From the NCBI GenBank assembly GCA_000388065.2, contig KB932202.1: a stretch of DNA of 32,831 nt; one strand, written 5' to 3'. Both the position numbers and the translations under genes were made by a program. The stretch comes from Fonticula alba ATCC 38817 (taxonomy: Eukaryota > Protista > Nucleariida). Under the pieces are notes generated by a model. The model did no database searches and was not told the origin of the DNA. It saw nothing but the letters and a program-made list of their open reading frames with translations. The stretch's first letter is position 1. Every line of letters begins with the position of its first letter. This document shows, piece by piece, positions 1 through 12,170 of this stretch.

Positions 1-351
1 CTTGGCGGCATCCGCAGCCTTGCAGGCCTCAGCCGGCTTGGCGGCCTCGGCGGGCTTGGCAGCCTCGGCGGGCTTGGCGGCCTCGGCGGGCTTGGCGGCC
101 TCGGCGGGCTTGGCGGAACCGATCTTGATGACGGACGGGGTGGCAGCCGGAGCCGGAGTGGGAGTCGGCTCGGCGACGACAGCCGGGGCAGCGGCGGCGA
201 CGACCGGAGCAGCAGCGGCGGCGGCGGCGGGAGCAGCGGCGGCGGCATCAGCAGCCGGAGCGGCGGCGGCGGCAGCGGTGGCCTCCTTCCGGCGAAGGAA
301 GGCAGGCTTGAAAGCAGGTGCGCTGGTGTTGGGGCGCCCAGAAGCCGACAT
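1..351 (-). CDS. 5' part of a gene (continues off the window): Ala/Pro/Lys/Glu-rich N-terminus with PAM2-like motif; possibly eRF3/Sup35-like
   Basis: ATG at 351-349 opens a frame to the window edge: MSASGRPNTSAPAFKPAFLRRKEATAAAA...PSVIKIGSAKPAEAAKPAEAAK... Codons are C/G-ending and the upstream sequence is pyrimidine-rich on the sense strand. The family assignment is a guess from the motif only. Confidence 0.7.
   Translation of the reverse strand, partial: MSASGRPNTSAPAFKPAFLRRKEATAAAAAAPAADAAAAAPAAAAAAAPVVAAAAPAVVAEPTPTPAPAATPSVIKIGSAKPAEAAKPAEAAKPAEAAKPAEAAKPAEACKAADAAK
30..117 (-). repeat. 18-bp coding tandem repeat (~5 units) encoding KPAEAA
   Basis: Repeated ggcgggcttggc(g/a)gcctc units are visible directly. 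Confidence 0.9.
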
Positions 352-2177
352 GATGTCAAACTCCTTGCTCGGATCGGGAGAGGGGGAGAAACGGGGGGAG
401 GAACAGGGGCAAAAGGAGGGAGAGGGGGGGGAGGGGGGGGCGGGGGCGCTTGCAGGCTGATGCTGCTTCGAGTGCGGCAGCTTCCACACCCACAGCGGCA
501 GCTCTTAAACCTCTGGCGCCAAAAGGCCGCGGCCGCGGGGAATGTCACGGGGCAAGAGGGCAATGTCAATAAATAAAAGCCGGGCGAGGGGGGGTCGCCA
601 GGAGTGGAGGTGAGCAAGAGGAAGAGAGGGGCGGAACATCCGGACCCGGCAGGGGAGGGCAGGGAGACGGGGGAGAACCGAAACACAGGTCAAAAACGGC
701 TCACTCGGCAACGTCTACGGCGGAGACCTGGCCCCCTCCCCTCCCCGTGGGTGGGGCGGCGCGGGGCGGTGCGGTGAAAGGGACAAGACCCCGGGGCCTT
801 TGCTTGGGCCTTGTGTCACACGAACGCCACCTGGTCGTGGGCCCGCGCAGTCGGATGGACAAGATAAGAACCAGATGGAGCCGTGGGGGGGGGGGAGGGG
901 GGGGGCTCCAGGCGCACGCATGGCGCCAAATACGTCTCCCTCACCCTCCGTCCCGTCCCAGTCCGCCCTGTTGGGCCCCGTCGCCACAGCAGGCCCCCCC
1001 GCCCCCTCCCTTCGGATGAAAGTAGACCATTCCCTGCGGCTTGGGATCGCCCGGGGTGCGCCAAGCACAGTCGTTGAAAGTGTGACACCCCACCGTAACA
1101 CACGCCAGACCCGAGAGAAGAAAAAGGGACCGGGCATGAATGAGCGCCACAGACAACGAGAAACCATGTGTCGTGCAGGGGACGGACAGACAGGGCTTCG
1201 GCCTTGGTCCGCAGGTGGATGGTCAGTTGGGAGAAGCGGGAAAAAAAGCCGGCTCTCGAGCCCGTCAAGCTGAGAAATAGGCGAAGGAAAGGAGAGCCAC
1301 AGAGGGCAGGGAACTTACTGCCTGCTGCTCGCCAGGATGGGCGGCAGGAGTGCGTCATGTGTGGCAAGCGATATTCTTGTATCCATCTTGCGCATTCAGG
1401 ACCACAGGGACGACCGAGGCCTGGCGGTGCCGACGGGGCGATGCCCCGGGAGAGGGGACCCGCACTCTGCCGGAGGGAAGAGAGCCCGGACAGGCGGGGG
1501 GCCGGGACCGCTGATCACTCGCCCCGATTCCGAGCCAGGTTGTCTCTGCGACCCTGGCCTCCCCCCATGCTCGAATCTCCAGCACTGCCCCCAAACGCCG
1601 TGCGCCTGGCTCACCGTAACACGCTGAGAGAGGGCCGACCCTTTGCGAGCTCTAGCGGAATGGTGTTTCTTCCATGGCCACGTGTACTCGTGACATCTCT
1701 TATTTGGCCTATTCTCAATCGTCACGCCGAAGGCTAGCCGGCACGCTCGGAGATGCCAGCATAAAGTCGCCGCCTGGGCGCCAACAGAAACTCACCAAGA
1801 GCACACCCATGCGCGGGAACACGAACACCTGTACCGCGGACGCTCCCCCCCCCCCCTGCCTCCCGACCAAGCTACATGATAATTGTCTGACTGGAGTTGT
1901 GGTTATAGCCGCGAGGAAACAAAAGGCAACGCCCCACAGGGGGGGGGTGGCTGGGCGGGGGAAGGGAGAGCATATATTTGGGGCTCCATCGGGGATGCGC
2001 GCGCAGGGGGGGGGGGGGGGGAGCACAACACTGTTGCATGCCGCGCGCCTCCGGAGCAAGAGAAGGGGACTTTTTTCGTCTCTCATCTCCCCCCCCCCCT
2101 CCCAGTTCCCCGCGAGGAGAAGAGCACAAGGACAAAAAAAGCCGCAAGGAGGGAGGCACAGGCCGGATATCGCCTCA

Positions 2178-3462
2178 TCACACGGTGCATCGCCGCGGTG
2201 AGGCTACCACCGGACCATAGTCAAATTGGGCAAGCAAATCGAAGACCCCGACGCGCACCAGGAGCTCGGCCGCATGGCAGGACACCAGCAACTCCTCGCC
2301 CTGGAGGAAGGCATTGAACAAGCAAGAGGCACTCGAGATGCTCACCTTCATGGAGATCGGCACGCAGATGGCCTGGCGAGAGGGCAGAAGCAGGGGATTC
2401 TTCGACCAGTCGAGGTTGACCCGGTCAAGGACCGCATCGCAGTTGTGCGAGTAGGCATCGAAGCTGCCGCGGACAATGTGCAGGTCAAACCCCAAGGGCA
2501 TGCGGAATTTGGCCTGCCCATGAAGGGTGATCCCTCCAGGGCCAGGCAGTGGCAGGCCACCGCTGAAGTCGATGAATACCCCCTCGATCAGGGGCTCGGC
2601 CAGAGCCGGCAGCACATGGCCCACGGTGATGGTGGCCACGGCATCCGGCTCGGGCTCCGGAAGCCCGAGGTCCAGCTTGAGGGAGCCGCTGACGCGCAAG
2701 TCGACAGCACTGCCAGTGACGTAGTCCGCCATAAACTGGCCGATGACCGGCGCACTGGCCGGCGTGTTGATAAGCGTGCCATACATGGTCAGTCGGTTGA
2801 GGCCGTGCTGCACGACCACCCCCTCGACATCCATCAGCCCGAGAGACACCGTCGGATCGGGCCGGGGGGCACCCTCCACCGGGGGAACGGCCCCGTAGTA
2901 AAAGACATCCAGTTGAGAGGCCAGCACCTTGAGGGGCCAGCTGAATGCCACGGTGGAGGGGTTGTGCAGGGCCACAACAAAGCCCAGAGTCAGCGTGTCA
3001 AGGGTCGAGTCGCTGTAGATGATATCTTCCACCAGGAGGTCGAAGCCGACGAATCCACGGACAATGGCCTTTTGGTCGATGGATACCAAGGCGGTGTGAT
3101 TGGAGTCTGGGGACCGAGGGGGGGGGGGGGGGGGGGGAGATATTCAAAGAAAGGGTCAGCACATTCGCCTGGCGTATGATGGTCGCAGTGGCATCCGTGC
3201 GCATCGGGGTGGCGGTGATGCCGAAGACCGTGGCGAGATCAAAAGTGACGGAGCAGGAGAGGCAAGGAGGAGGAATGGGGAGGGCGACGGAGAGGACGTA
3301 CAAATCGGGACCTTGGCCGTGATCTTCAACTTCCCGGCCATGCGTGCCGAAGTCCACTCGCTCATGGCCACACGCTCCATGAAGGAGTGGAGAAGGCGGT
3401 CATCAAGGATGATCATGTCGGCGATGATGTCGATCTCAACACTGCCGGCGAGCGAGCGTGGG

Positions 3463-3494
<32 letters not shown>

Positions 3495-4809
3495 TGTGTG
3501 CATGCGTGCGTGCGTGCGTGCGTGTGTGTGTGTGTGTGTGTGTGTCCGGAGCCTGGTGTTAGTCGATCAAAGGGGCCGTTGTTGGCGGGGGGGGGGGGGC
3601 GGGGGGGGGGGGGGGGGGGGGGGGCTACCGGGGAAGACAGGAAGAGGGAGAGAGGAAGGGCAAGAGGGAAAAGGAGTCACACGTCCGAGCCGGAGGACCA
3701 CGCACTGGAGCCCATCAAACTCGATGGAAGGCAGCATGACTGAGCCAACAACGGCATACGTGCAACCGGGATCAACATCCTCCGGCGGGGGCGTGGAATC
3801 CGAGGACGAGGAGGAGCCTCCACTGGTGGACGAAGAAAAGGACCCCGAGGGGGAGGAGCCGGATTGCGAGGCAGCTCGCAAGCGGAACCCCCCAGCCTCG
3901 CCCGGAGGCGGAGGCTGGGGGCAGAGCAGAGGATCAGGCACAAGGACATCCACTGGACCGGAGTGCAGCACACCCGACGTGGAAAAGGGAGCGTCTGCCA
4001 GGATGGCAGCTATGATGCCCGAAGAGCGAGGCAATGGGGTGAGAGGGGCTAAACATGATTCCGCTCACAGGCGTCTGTGTGTCCGCCGGTGCGTCTCTGA
4101 GTGCATTTCTGCCCATCCGTGTGCAGTGCTGCCCATGGGTGACTGCGAGAAAGAGGAAGTGGGGCAAAGGATGAACGTACCCCGGAGATGGACCGATGAC
4201 ACACCATCCTTCACATCCAGCAGCTCCAACGAGTAGATCTCGACATCAGCCTTACGGATGAAGTGCCCCATTAAAGCTGGATGGGGGGCAGGGGGGGGGG
4301 GGGTGTTAGCTTGGGCACGCACAGGGAGTGCGTGGACAGGAAGATATATCTATCTTCGGGCCAGGGAGCGGGCGGGGCTACTAAAAAGGAGCGACACGTA
4401 CCGGTGATGACGGCCGGGATAATGAGCGTAAAAAGGAGCGTCAAAAAGAGAGCAACTCCGAACACCGAAAGGACGGTGATCAGGATGATGCGCTTGCGCT
4501 TCTTGTCGGCCTTGTCAACTTCATCGGGTCTGCCATCTGGTGGTAAGCGTCGAGCGCGTTGGGGGATGGACAGAAGGGCAAAGGATGGCGGGGAAAGGGG
4601 CGTGCGGGGGGCGACAGCGAAGGTAAAGGGCATGGAGGGTGAGCCGAGGAATGGACGCACTCTGAAAACAGAGGATCATGCTCGGTCGAGGAGATCTCGG
4701 AGTTGAGCGTCGCACCGTAGTAAGTGGGATCATTGGGGGCAACTGGATCATTGATGGAGATGTGGGTGCCGCTGTCCCCGCTGGCGGTGTATAAATCGGG
4801 TGTGCTCAT
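2178..4809 (-). CDS. DUF3712/Tag1-like (LEA_2-related beta-repeat) single-pass type II membrane protein, ~581 aa, 6 exons
   Basis: Model: complement(join(2178..3106,3302..3441,3706..4009,4181..4276,4402..4529,4661..4809)) = 1746 nt, all GT-AG, frame-consistent. Basic stretch plus TM helix KKRKRIILITVLSVFGVALFLTLLFTLIIPAVI, then motifs typical of DUF3712 proteins (LRAAILADAPF; KAIVRGF; LHNPSTVAF; NRLTMYGTL...IGQFMADYVTG...LRVSG). Exon 1 boundaries are the least certain. Confidence 0.75.
3460..3624. repeat. (TGCG)n-(TG)n microsatellite plus poly-G tract inside an intron of the DUF3712-like gene
   Basis: Visible directly at 3460-3545 and 3587-3624. Confidence 0.9.
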
Positions 4810-7476
4810 CAGAGGAGGAGATGCGGGACCAAGATGCGGAAGGGGGCCGGAGGGGGGGGGGGGGGGGGGAGGGGCGGAGGAGAGGGGATGACAGGGGAGA
4901 ACGCGAAGAGGAGACCTGGGCGGGAGCCGGCGAGGTAAATGTCAAAGAGGGGTATGGATCTGGCTGTCGCGAGGAGCCTCGGCAGGGGGGGGAGCGAGTC
5001 GCCTCTTAAGTATGACGGCCATGGGCCGGGGAGGGAACCGGAACGAGGCGGGGCGCCGGGCGGGCGGCCGGCCGGCCGGCCGGCCGGGCTGCAGGCCGCA
5101 AAGGGGGGCCAGGGGTGCTTGAGATCGGCATGCGGGTGGTTGTGCTCGGCCCGGCGGGGACCAGCGAAAGTGGGGCGAGTTGGCATGCGCGACTAGCAGA
5201 GAGGGCGAGAAACACCAAGCGCCCTGGCACGGGAACTCGCCTCCCGTGAGCCCACCCCCGGAGGGTCGTGCTAGGCGGCGGGCGGGATGCAACGGCCCGA
5301 CACCATCGCATGAAGAATGGGCTCGCGCGCGGGCACTGCCTGACCCCCTCCCGCCCCGCCCCCCCTTGGACGGACTCTCACTGCCCGGACGCCTGTACCG
5401 GCCAGGATCAGCCCACCCGGTGACGCCGGTCGGAACGCCGGCGCCGTGGGGCTTGGCAAGAGGGGGAGCTGGCGGAGGGGGGCATGTCCCCGACACGCCC
5501 GGGCACGCGACGCTCCAAACAACACAGCGTGGGCCCCAGCGAACAGGTCCCCAACCGAAACCGGCCGGGGCTCTTGCCGGAGGCGTATCCTCCGCCGCGA
5601 ACCGGATGGTTCCCACAGCATTGGTCGGTCCGTTGGCGCTCCCCCCTGGATGGCCGAAACGAGTAAACACCCCTCGCCTCGTCACGTCTGGTGGAAAGGC
5701 CCTTGGGTTGCCTGGCCATCCCCCGCCCCGCTGGCGCGGTACCCCCATCCGGCACCCCTTGGAGCCGACACCCGAGCCCGAGTCCACCTCTCTCTCTCTC
5801 TCTCTCTCTCGCTCTCTCGCTCTCTCCAGGCCCCGCGGAAAGCGGCGCAGAGAGCATCCCTGGGAAACCCACCCCCACCGATTGAAACATCGCCGCCGGT
5901 TGAACATGTGTATCTTCCCCGCCCGGCGCCCCCCCCCCCCCGCACGAGGGGGAGCAGAGGATCGGCTGGGGTGAGGAGGAGGGGGGGGACCGCGGACAAA
6001 CGTGCCTGGGGTACCCCCATCTGCCTGATTGCCCGGCTTATCCCCGTCCCCCCGCCCCTCCCCCGCCCCTCCCTCGCCCCTGGGCCCCAAGAGCGATCGA
6101 GCCACATTGCACTGGTGATCGGATGGTCGACCCTTGCTCGGTGTTCTTGGGGCTCGCCGGGGCCGGCCGTCTGCCTCCCACCCTCGACGTGGGCAGCCGG
6201 AAGGAAGAGTGTTCGCAGCACCATGTCGCTGCGGAGACCAGCCATAAACGTGTCGGCTAGTCCAAACGCACTCCGTCGCGCTAGCTGCTGGCCCCGGACA
6301 CAGGGCGAGATAGGCCGTAGAGAGGGTGGAAGGCGAAAGGGGGGGGGGGGGGGCCGAGGTGGTACAACAACAACACATGGGGCCAGAAATTCCCCCCCAC
6401 CCCAGGCGCGCCTGGGCTGGAGACGTCCCTGCGTGTGGCGATTGGGGAGAGCCGCCGAAAAATGGGGTGCGCCCCAGACACTGGGACGCGTCCCTTGGGG
6501 AAGGGTGGCGGCGACACGTGCAATCCCTTCGGGTTCGGGTTCTCCCATGCTTGTTGAAATGCTCAGCCTCATCCCCCCGACAGGGACGACTACCCAGCGT
6601 GGGCGACGCTGACGCGCTGTTCATGCGTGTGAATGCCCTTGCACTTTTTTTTCCTCAAGGGGCGAGGGAGTATAGGCAGCCAGGTCCATGGGCCGAGGAA
6701 GCGGGCATGACGACCTGCTTGCGGGTTGGGCCGGCCGGGAACGGTGGTGGAGTCCCGAAAGCAGCCGGCGCTCCCCTAATAGGGGGGATGTCCCGAGCCC
6801 CCCCCCCCCCGCTCCCCACCAAGACCGGAAGTCACCCAGGAAAGGGCTGTTGCTCCGTCTGGGCCCTTGCATTCGCTCCGCAGGATAGCGCCCATCTACA
6901 TGATTAACCGCCTGAAGCCCGAAACAAGCCATGCGCTCCGGCCCCCGGGAGCGCTGTTCGCTGGAGCACGATCGGAATGGGTCAGAATCGTAGTGAAAAT
7001 GGGACCTCATATGATCAATCGGGTGCTGGCCGAGCACGCGCGAAAAATATGCTTCTGATCATGTGAACTGTCGTGTTGGAATTGAATGATAGACCACCCA
7101 ATCTGATTCTGGGACATATGCCAGGCGCCAGCATGCAAGGCTCATGGCTGGGGACTTTCGCCCCCCCCCCCCATGTGGGTACCCTCAAATCAGGCAGAAA
7201 TTTGAACACACACACACAACGCTGTGATGCCTCCCCTTGGTGACAACATACCATCGCCCACTTACACGCATTCACTGGGAAGGGGGGAATGAGATTCCTG
7301 GGGACTGAAGAGAGGCATGCTCCTCGGGCGGCTCTGGGTGCGGGGGGGGGGGGATTCTCGACTGGCAGGGGATCGAGGCCCGTGTTTCAGGGATGAGGCC
7401 GCGTCTTCGCAGCCGGGAGGGGATGACCAGGAGATGAGCCACCGTCGCCCGAGGATCCGACGGACGCGCTGGACGG

Positions 7477-7816
7477 NNNNNNNNNNNNNNNNNNNNNNNN
7501 NNNNNNNNNNNNNNNNNNNNNNNNNNNNNNNNNNNNNNNNNNNNNNNNNNNNNNNNNNNNNNNNNNNNNNNNNNNNNNNNNNNNNNNNNNNNNNNNNNNN
7601 NNNNNNNNNNNNNNNNNNNNNNNNNNNNNNNNNNNNNNNNNNNNNNNNNNNNNNNNNNNNNNNNNNNNNNNNNNNNNNNNNNNNNNNNNNNNNNNNNNNN
7701 NNNNNNNNNNNNNNNNNNNNNNNNNNNNNNNNNNNNNNNNNNNNNNNNNNNNNNNNNNNNNNNNNNNNNNNNNNNNNNNNNNNNNNNNNNNNNNNNNNNN
7801 NNNNNNNNNNNNNNNN
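7477..7816. other. Assembly gap (340 N)
   Basis: Run of N. Confidence 1.
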
Positions 7817-9638
7817 GGGGGGTCAGGGCCACAATTCTCCACCCACCTTACCATTTGCCTCTCGGCGAGCATGTTCCCCGAGCCCCGCCCTACGCCAACC
7901 GGCGGCGGAGGGTCAAAACACAAACATCCCCTGATCCGGGCGGGGGCTCCGGTGGGCATGGCGGCGCAGGCCGGGGAGGGGGGGCGGGGGCGAGAGGGGG
8001 GACCGGGCCCCCTGACAAGGTCTGCTTGCGCAGAGGGCGCCGCGCGATGGCGCCCGTTGCACTTGACCGCCCCTCGCCCCGCCGGGGCGAGACGTCCGCC
8101 GGCGGTCGCCGGGACTTGCCGGCCCCGACAGGAAGGCCAGCCGGCTCGGTCCCTGCTGCCCCCTTCGGGGCTTTTATGTGTACAGGCCCCCCCCCCCCCC
8201 GATGTGAGGCCGCACGATGCCCGGGTCCCGCCGCGGCTGCCGCCCTTGCCGCCACAGAATGGACAACGCCCTCGCCCGGGGGGGCGGGGGGGGGGAGGGG
8301 GGAGGGCGAAGCTCCCAGCGGAAGGCCTGCCCGCCCGAGGTCAGGGGACGATCGCGCACTCCCCCGGGCAGGGTCCATTCTTTCTCCTCGCAATCAAGCT
8401 GCTCCCTGTGTTGGCCGGCGAGGAGCGGCCGAGGTCCTCGCCCGGAGGAGCGCCCCCCCCCCCCCCCCGTCCCCCGTCCCCCGTCTCCAGAGAGGGCATA
8501 TGACGGACCAGCCTGGGAATGCCCGGGCCCGGAAAGTGGTGCGCCAGGCTCTTTTGGGGAAGGGGCCCAGGCTCGGAGTCCATAACGCGGGGTTCTGGTG
8601 CCCACAGCTGCGGGGGAGGCCATCCTCCCCTGCCCAAAAGGAGGATGCCAGCCGGTTCTCCCCGCGAGAATGGGCTGGCCACCAAAAGACCGTGCTTTAA
8701 AATCCCAGCCTTTATATTCATCCCAACATACTGGCGGAAATCCAAACATGCGTGCACATACTTCCCGCCTCCCCCCACTCCCGGAGGTGGTGGTCCGCCT
8801 TGCTATGATGAGAAGGGACACGACAGAACTGGCAGCGGTCGCCCCGGGCAACCCAAGCCCTTGCGGCGCGCCGGTTTTCCCCGGCCCGTGCTTTTCTGGG
8901 ACTATGGGCGCCCGCTCTCAAAGGCCGAGGCCCAGCCTCGGCTGGCCGGCCCCGCGCGTACGCGCACGCACACACCCGAAGACCACCGCGCCGCCCGATG
9001 TGCAGGCGCGCTCTGGAGCGTGCTGAAAATCAGGTCTTCCCCACCTCGGGCGCTCGTGCGGCTCCCGGACTGTCGCGGATAGGAGCCGGCTGGCCCTGCT
9101 TGGCCTGGGCTTGTCTTCTTGGCTCGCCCTCGGGCCTCCTGTTGGGGCAGCCCCCCCCTCCCCCCCCGGTTGGGCAGGGCGGGACGCCCGCATACCGGGG
9201 GGGCGGTGGGCCCGTTTCCCCCCCCCCCCCCCGGATCCAGACCACCTGGGTGGGCCGGTTGTTGGTCGTTCGCCGGGCTGCCGCCCGGCCTGTGCCCCCG
9301 TCCAAGGGACGTTGCCCCCCCCCCCCCCCCGGGACCGAGTAGCAGGGAGTCTGTAGCTTTGTGATGGCTGGGCTCTTCTTGGATGTTGCCCCAGCCCCCC
9401 CGCCCGCCCCCCCCCCTGCCCAGCTGGTTCATCCCCCGGGGCGTGGCGCCGGGCCTTTTTTTACGTGGAATTGCTCTGCCCAGAGCGAGTCCAGGCCCGT
9501 CGCCCCCGGGGGGCATGCCGATGCATCACCGGGTGCTGGGTCTTCGGCGGCGCGCCATACGAGCGCCAGGTCGACTCATTCATGCGCACTCGGGGGCCTG
9601 CCCCCCCCCCCCTCGCCCCTTTTAGGGACCTCGTGTGT

Positions 9639-9838
9639 CCGGGCGTTCGAGAGCCCTTCGCTGAGGACGGGTTCTTGAGCGAGGGCACCCCTGCACGGCT
9701 GTGGACTCCCCCTCCCGGGCGATCGCGGCTGCGNNNNNNNNNNCCGGGCGTTCGAGAGCCCTTCGCTGAGGACGGGTTCTTGAGCGAGGGCACCCCTGCA
9801 CGGCTGTGGACTCCCCCTCCCGGGCGATCGCGGCTGCG
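9639..9838. repeat. 95-bp direct duplication flanking a 10-N gap (unmerged overlapping contig ends)
   Basis: 9639-9733 is identical to 9744-9838, and each copy abuts the N run. Confidence 0.9.
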
Positions 9839-9986
9839 CACGCGGCGGCGTGTGGACCACCACTCACACTACCCAGGGGCGGCCCTCAGGGGGAGGGGAG
9901 GGCTGCGAGGAAGGCCATTGAGGCGGCCGAGACCGAGCCTGTGCAGCACCCACCACGACACGGCCCCGCGTCTGTCCCTCGGGCCA

Positions 9987-9988
<2 letters not shown>

Positions 9989-10024
<36 letters not shown>

Positions 10025-10058
10025 TCTCCCCCCCCACCCCCTGCCGACGCCAGTGCGG

Positions 10059-10107
<49 letters not shown>
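9989..10107. repeat. C34 tract followed 37 bp later by a G48 tract
   Basis: Visible directly: C at 9989-10022, G at 10060-10107. Confidence 0.9.
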
Positions 10108-10108
<1 letters not shown>

Positions 10109-12106
10109 GCCTTTCGACAGCGCCGCGTGGGTGCCGGGCGGAGGAGGGGGTCAGGCTGAGGCGGTCTAGAGCCTCCCCTGGGCGATGGCTCGGCTGCTCG
10201 TCGCCAGAGTACGGGAGGGGGGAGGGAGGTAAGGGCCGGGGGCGGTATCATCCCATGAAACACCAGCCCCTCGCGGAGGACTCCAGCCCCTCCCCCCCCG
10301 GGGGGAACACGTCCGCCGGGCTTGCAGGTCCTGGAGGGGCGCGTCCTCCGGCCGATGCCGGTGGGGCGCAGTTGTCTCGAGTACCGTGAGCCTGGGCACA
10401 CTCAGAGGCAGTCCCTTCAAGTGTAGGCCCGATCCCTGACTGGCAGCGGCCCCGGGGGGCCGGCAACGGGGGGGGGGGGAGTGCGACACCACCCTGTTGT
10501 GCCGAGGCAGAAAGCCGTAGCCGGTGGGGGGGGGGGGGAGGCTCTTGGGGCCGGCGAAGGGAGGAGTCGTCCTTGGCGAGGGGATCCGCGTGCGGGCCGT
10601 GGGAGGGCAGGGACGCCGAGGACCAGCTGGACCAGAACGGGGAGAATATTCGCCCCCTGGCGGGGCCCGAGTGTGCGGGTAGATTCCCATGCCGGGAAAG
10701 AAGTGTGAGATGGCTGGGCTAGAGCCCGCAGGCCGCCCTGTCCTGGAGCACCCCCCCCCCCCGCCGCCGCCGCCGCCATGGGTCCCTTCCGGCAAAGCAA
10801 GACGCCGCCTGGCGAGCACCGAAGGTCTGGACCGCCGGGCGCTCGGGAGCGCGGCCGGCGAGGGGCGAGCAGGGTCATTGGAAGCACCATAGGGTGATGG
10901 GGCCTGGGCAAACACGCGTGCGCGTGCGGACGCGGGGGCGGGAACGGGCAGGGCCACCGCAGCCCGGTAACGCGATCTTCCGACAGTCCCAGGAAGCTCC
11001 GGGGGGGGGGGGGGGGGCGGGGCCCAGCCAAGAGGGGCGAGGCCCTTTGTATTTGGGCTTTCCTCGTGAGGGGCTCTTTCCGGGCGTCGGCCAACTGCGA
11101 AGGGAGGCATTTCGCGGCAGGGGGTGGTCGAGATCAGTCCAGCCCCTCCGCGCGTGCGCCCCCCCCCCCCCCCTCCCCCGCAGCTGTTCGGCCGCGGCAG
11201 GCGGGCGGCCCCCGCCCCCCGGCGGAAGAAGGGCCGCCCAGCTCCCCCCGAGATTGCCCCCAGCCCGCCGGCGTCACGCGCGTCCTCTCGTCCCAAGGCC
11301 GGCGTGTGGCGACCAGCCGGCACGCGCCAAGGGCGCACGCGCGGTTCGCCAGGCTCTCCCGCGCGATGCATGGTGTGTTGGCCCTCTGCCCCAAGTTCCC
11401 CCCCAGGGGGCGAAACGGCGGACCGGCAGCGGGAACTGGGTGAGAGAGAAAGGACGCGCGTCGAGCGGACGTGCCCAGACTCTCCTCTCTTCAATTGGCC
11501 CTTTCCGGTGGCCAGTCCCCTCCCTGTGGGCGGGGGCGGTTAGGTGTAGCACAAGCTTCCCGGGGCCCAGCACGCCGTTTTCCCCTGTTCCCTGTGAAAT
11601 GCCGGAACGAGCACGCGTCCTCCGGCCGGGGCGGGATCTGGGCCCTCCCCATTGGTGCTTACGTTCTGATTGGCTTTCGCGACACCACCCCGTCGCCGAG
11701 CCCAAGGCCCATCCCCCCCCCCCCACTGGCAGGCCGGGGGACCGGCAGCGGGAGTGGACATTCGCCTGGAGAGTGGCTCGGAGGCCAATCCGCCGTGTCT
11801 TTGCCGATCTGCGCTGGTGGATGGTTTTTGCCGGGTTATGGCTACCCCTCCCCGGTCGCCAACGTGTCGTCTATCAGGCACCAGCGGGCGGTGCCATCCG
11901 GAGCTCGTCGGACACGAAACACCGAAGCACCTCTCCCCCACTTGCGCCCTTGTGGCCACTCTCGCCCCCCCCCCCCTCCCCCCTGCTCCCTCCCCCTCCG
12001 CCCTCGCTTCTCGTCGTCGTCCTCCTCCTCCACCATTATTCCTGCCGCCTTCTTCCTCCTGCCACACCGCCCGATCCACCCCCTTCCTGGCTCCCCGAGA
12101 GAGAGA

Positions 12107-12110
12107 GTGA

Positions 12111-12162
<52 letters not shown>

Positions 12163-12170
12163 CAGAGAGA
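12107..12170. repeat. (GT)n-(GA)n compound microsatellite upstream of the histidine kinase
   Basis: Visible directly. Confidence 0.9.

Noticed and set aside
2-460. Plus-strand 152-aa ORF (ASAGLA repeats)
   Set aside because: Antisense shadow of the minus-strand KPAEAA-repeat gene.
2226-3179. Plus-strand 317-aa ORF
   Set aside because: Antisense shadow of the last exon of the DUF3712-like gene; long shadow ORFs are expected at this GC content.
4942-6624. 560-aa and other long Arg/Gly/Pro-rich ORFs in 4.9-12.1 kb (e.g. 10166-11494, 10894-12114)
   Set aside because: No domain motifs, they run through homopolymers and microsatellites, and they overlap in all six frames, as expected for GC-rich non-coding DNA.
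6867-7058. 63-aa ORF with two MINR-like starts (MINRLKPE / MINRVLAE)
   Set aside because: Too short, weak similarity, no splice or homology support.
9639-9838. Direct repeat considered as LTR, target-site duplication or CRISPR-like repeat
   Set aside because: Both copies abut a 10-N placeholder gap, the typical pattern of unmerged contig overlap.
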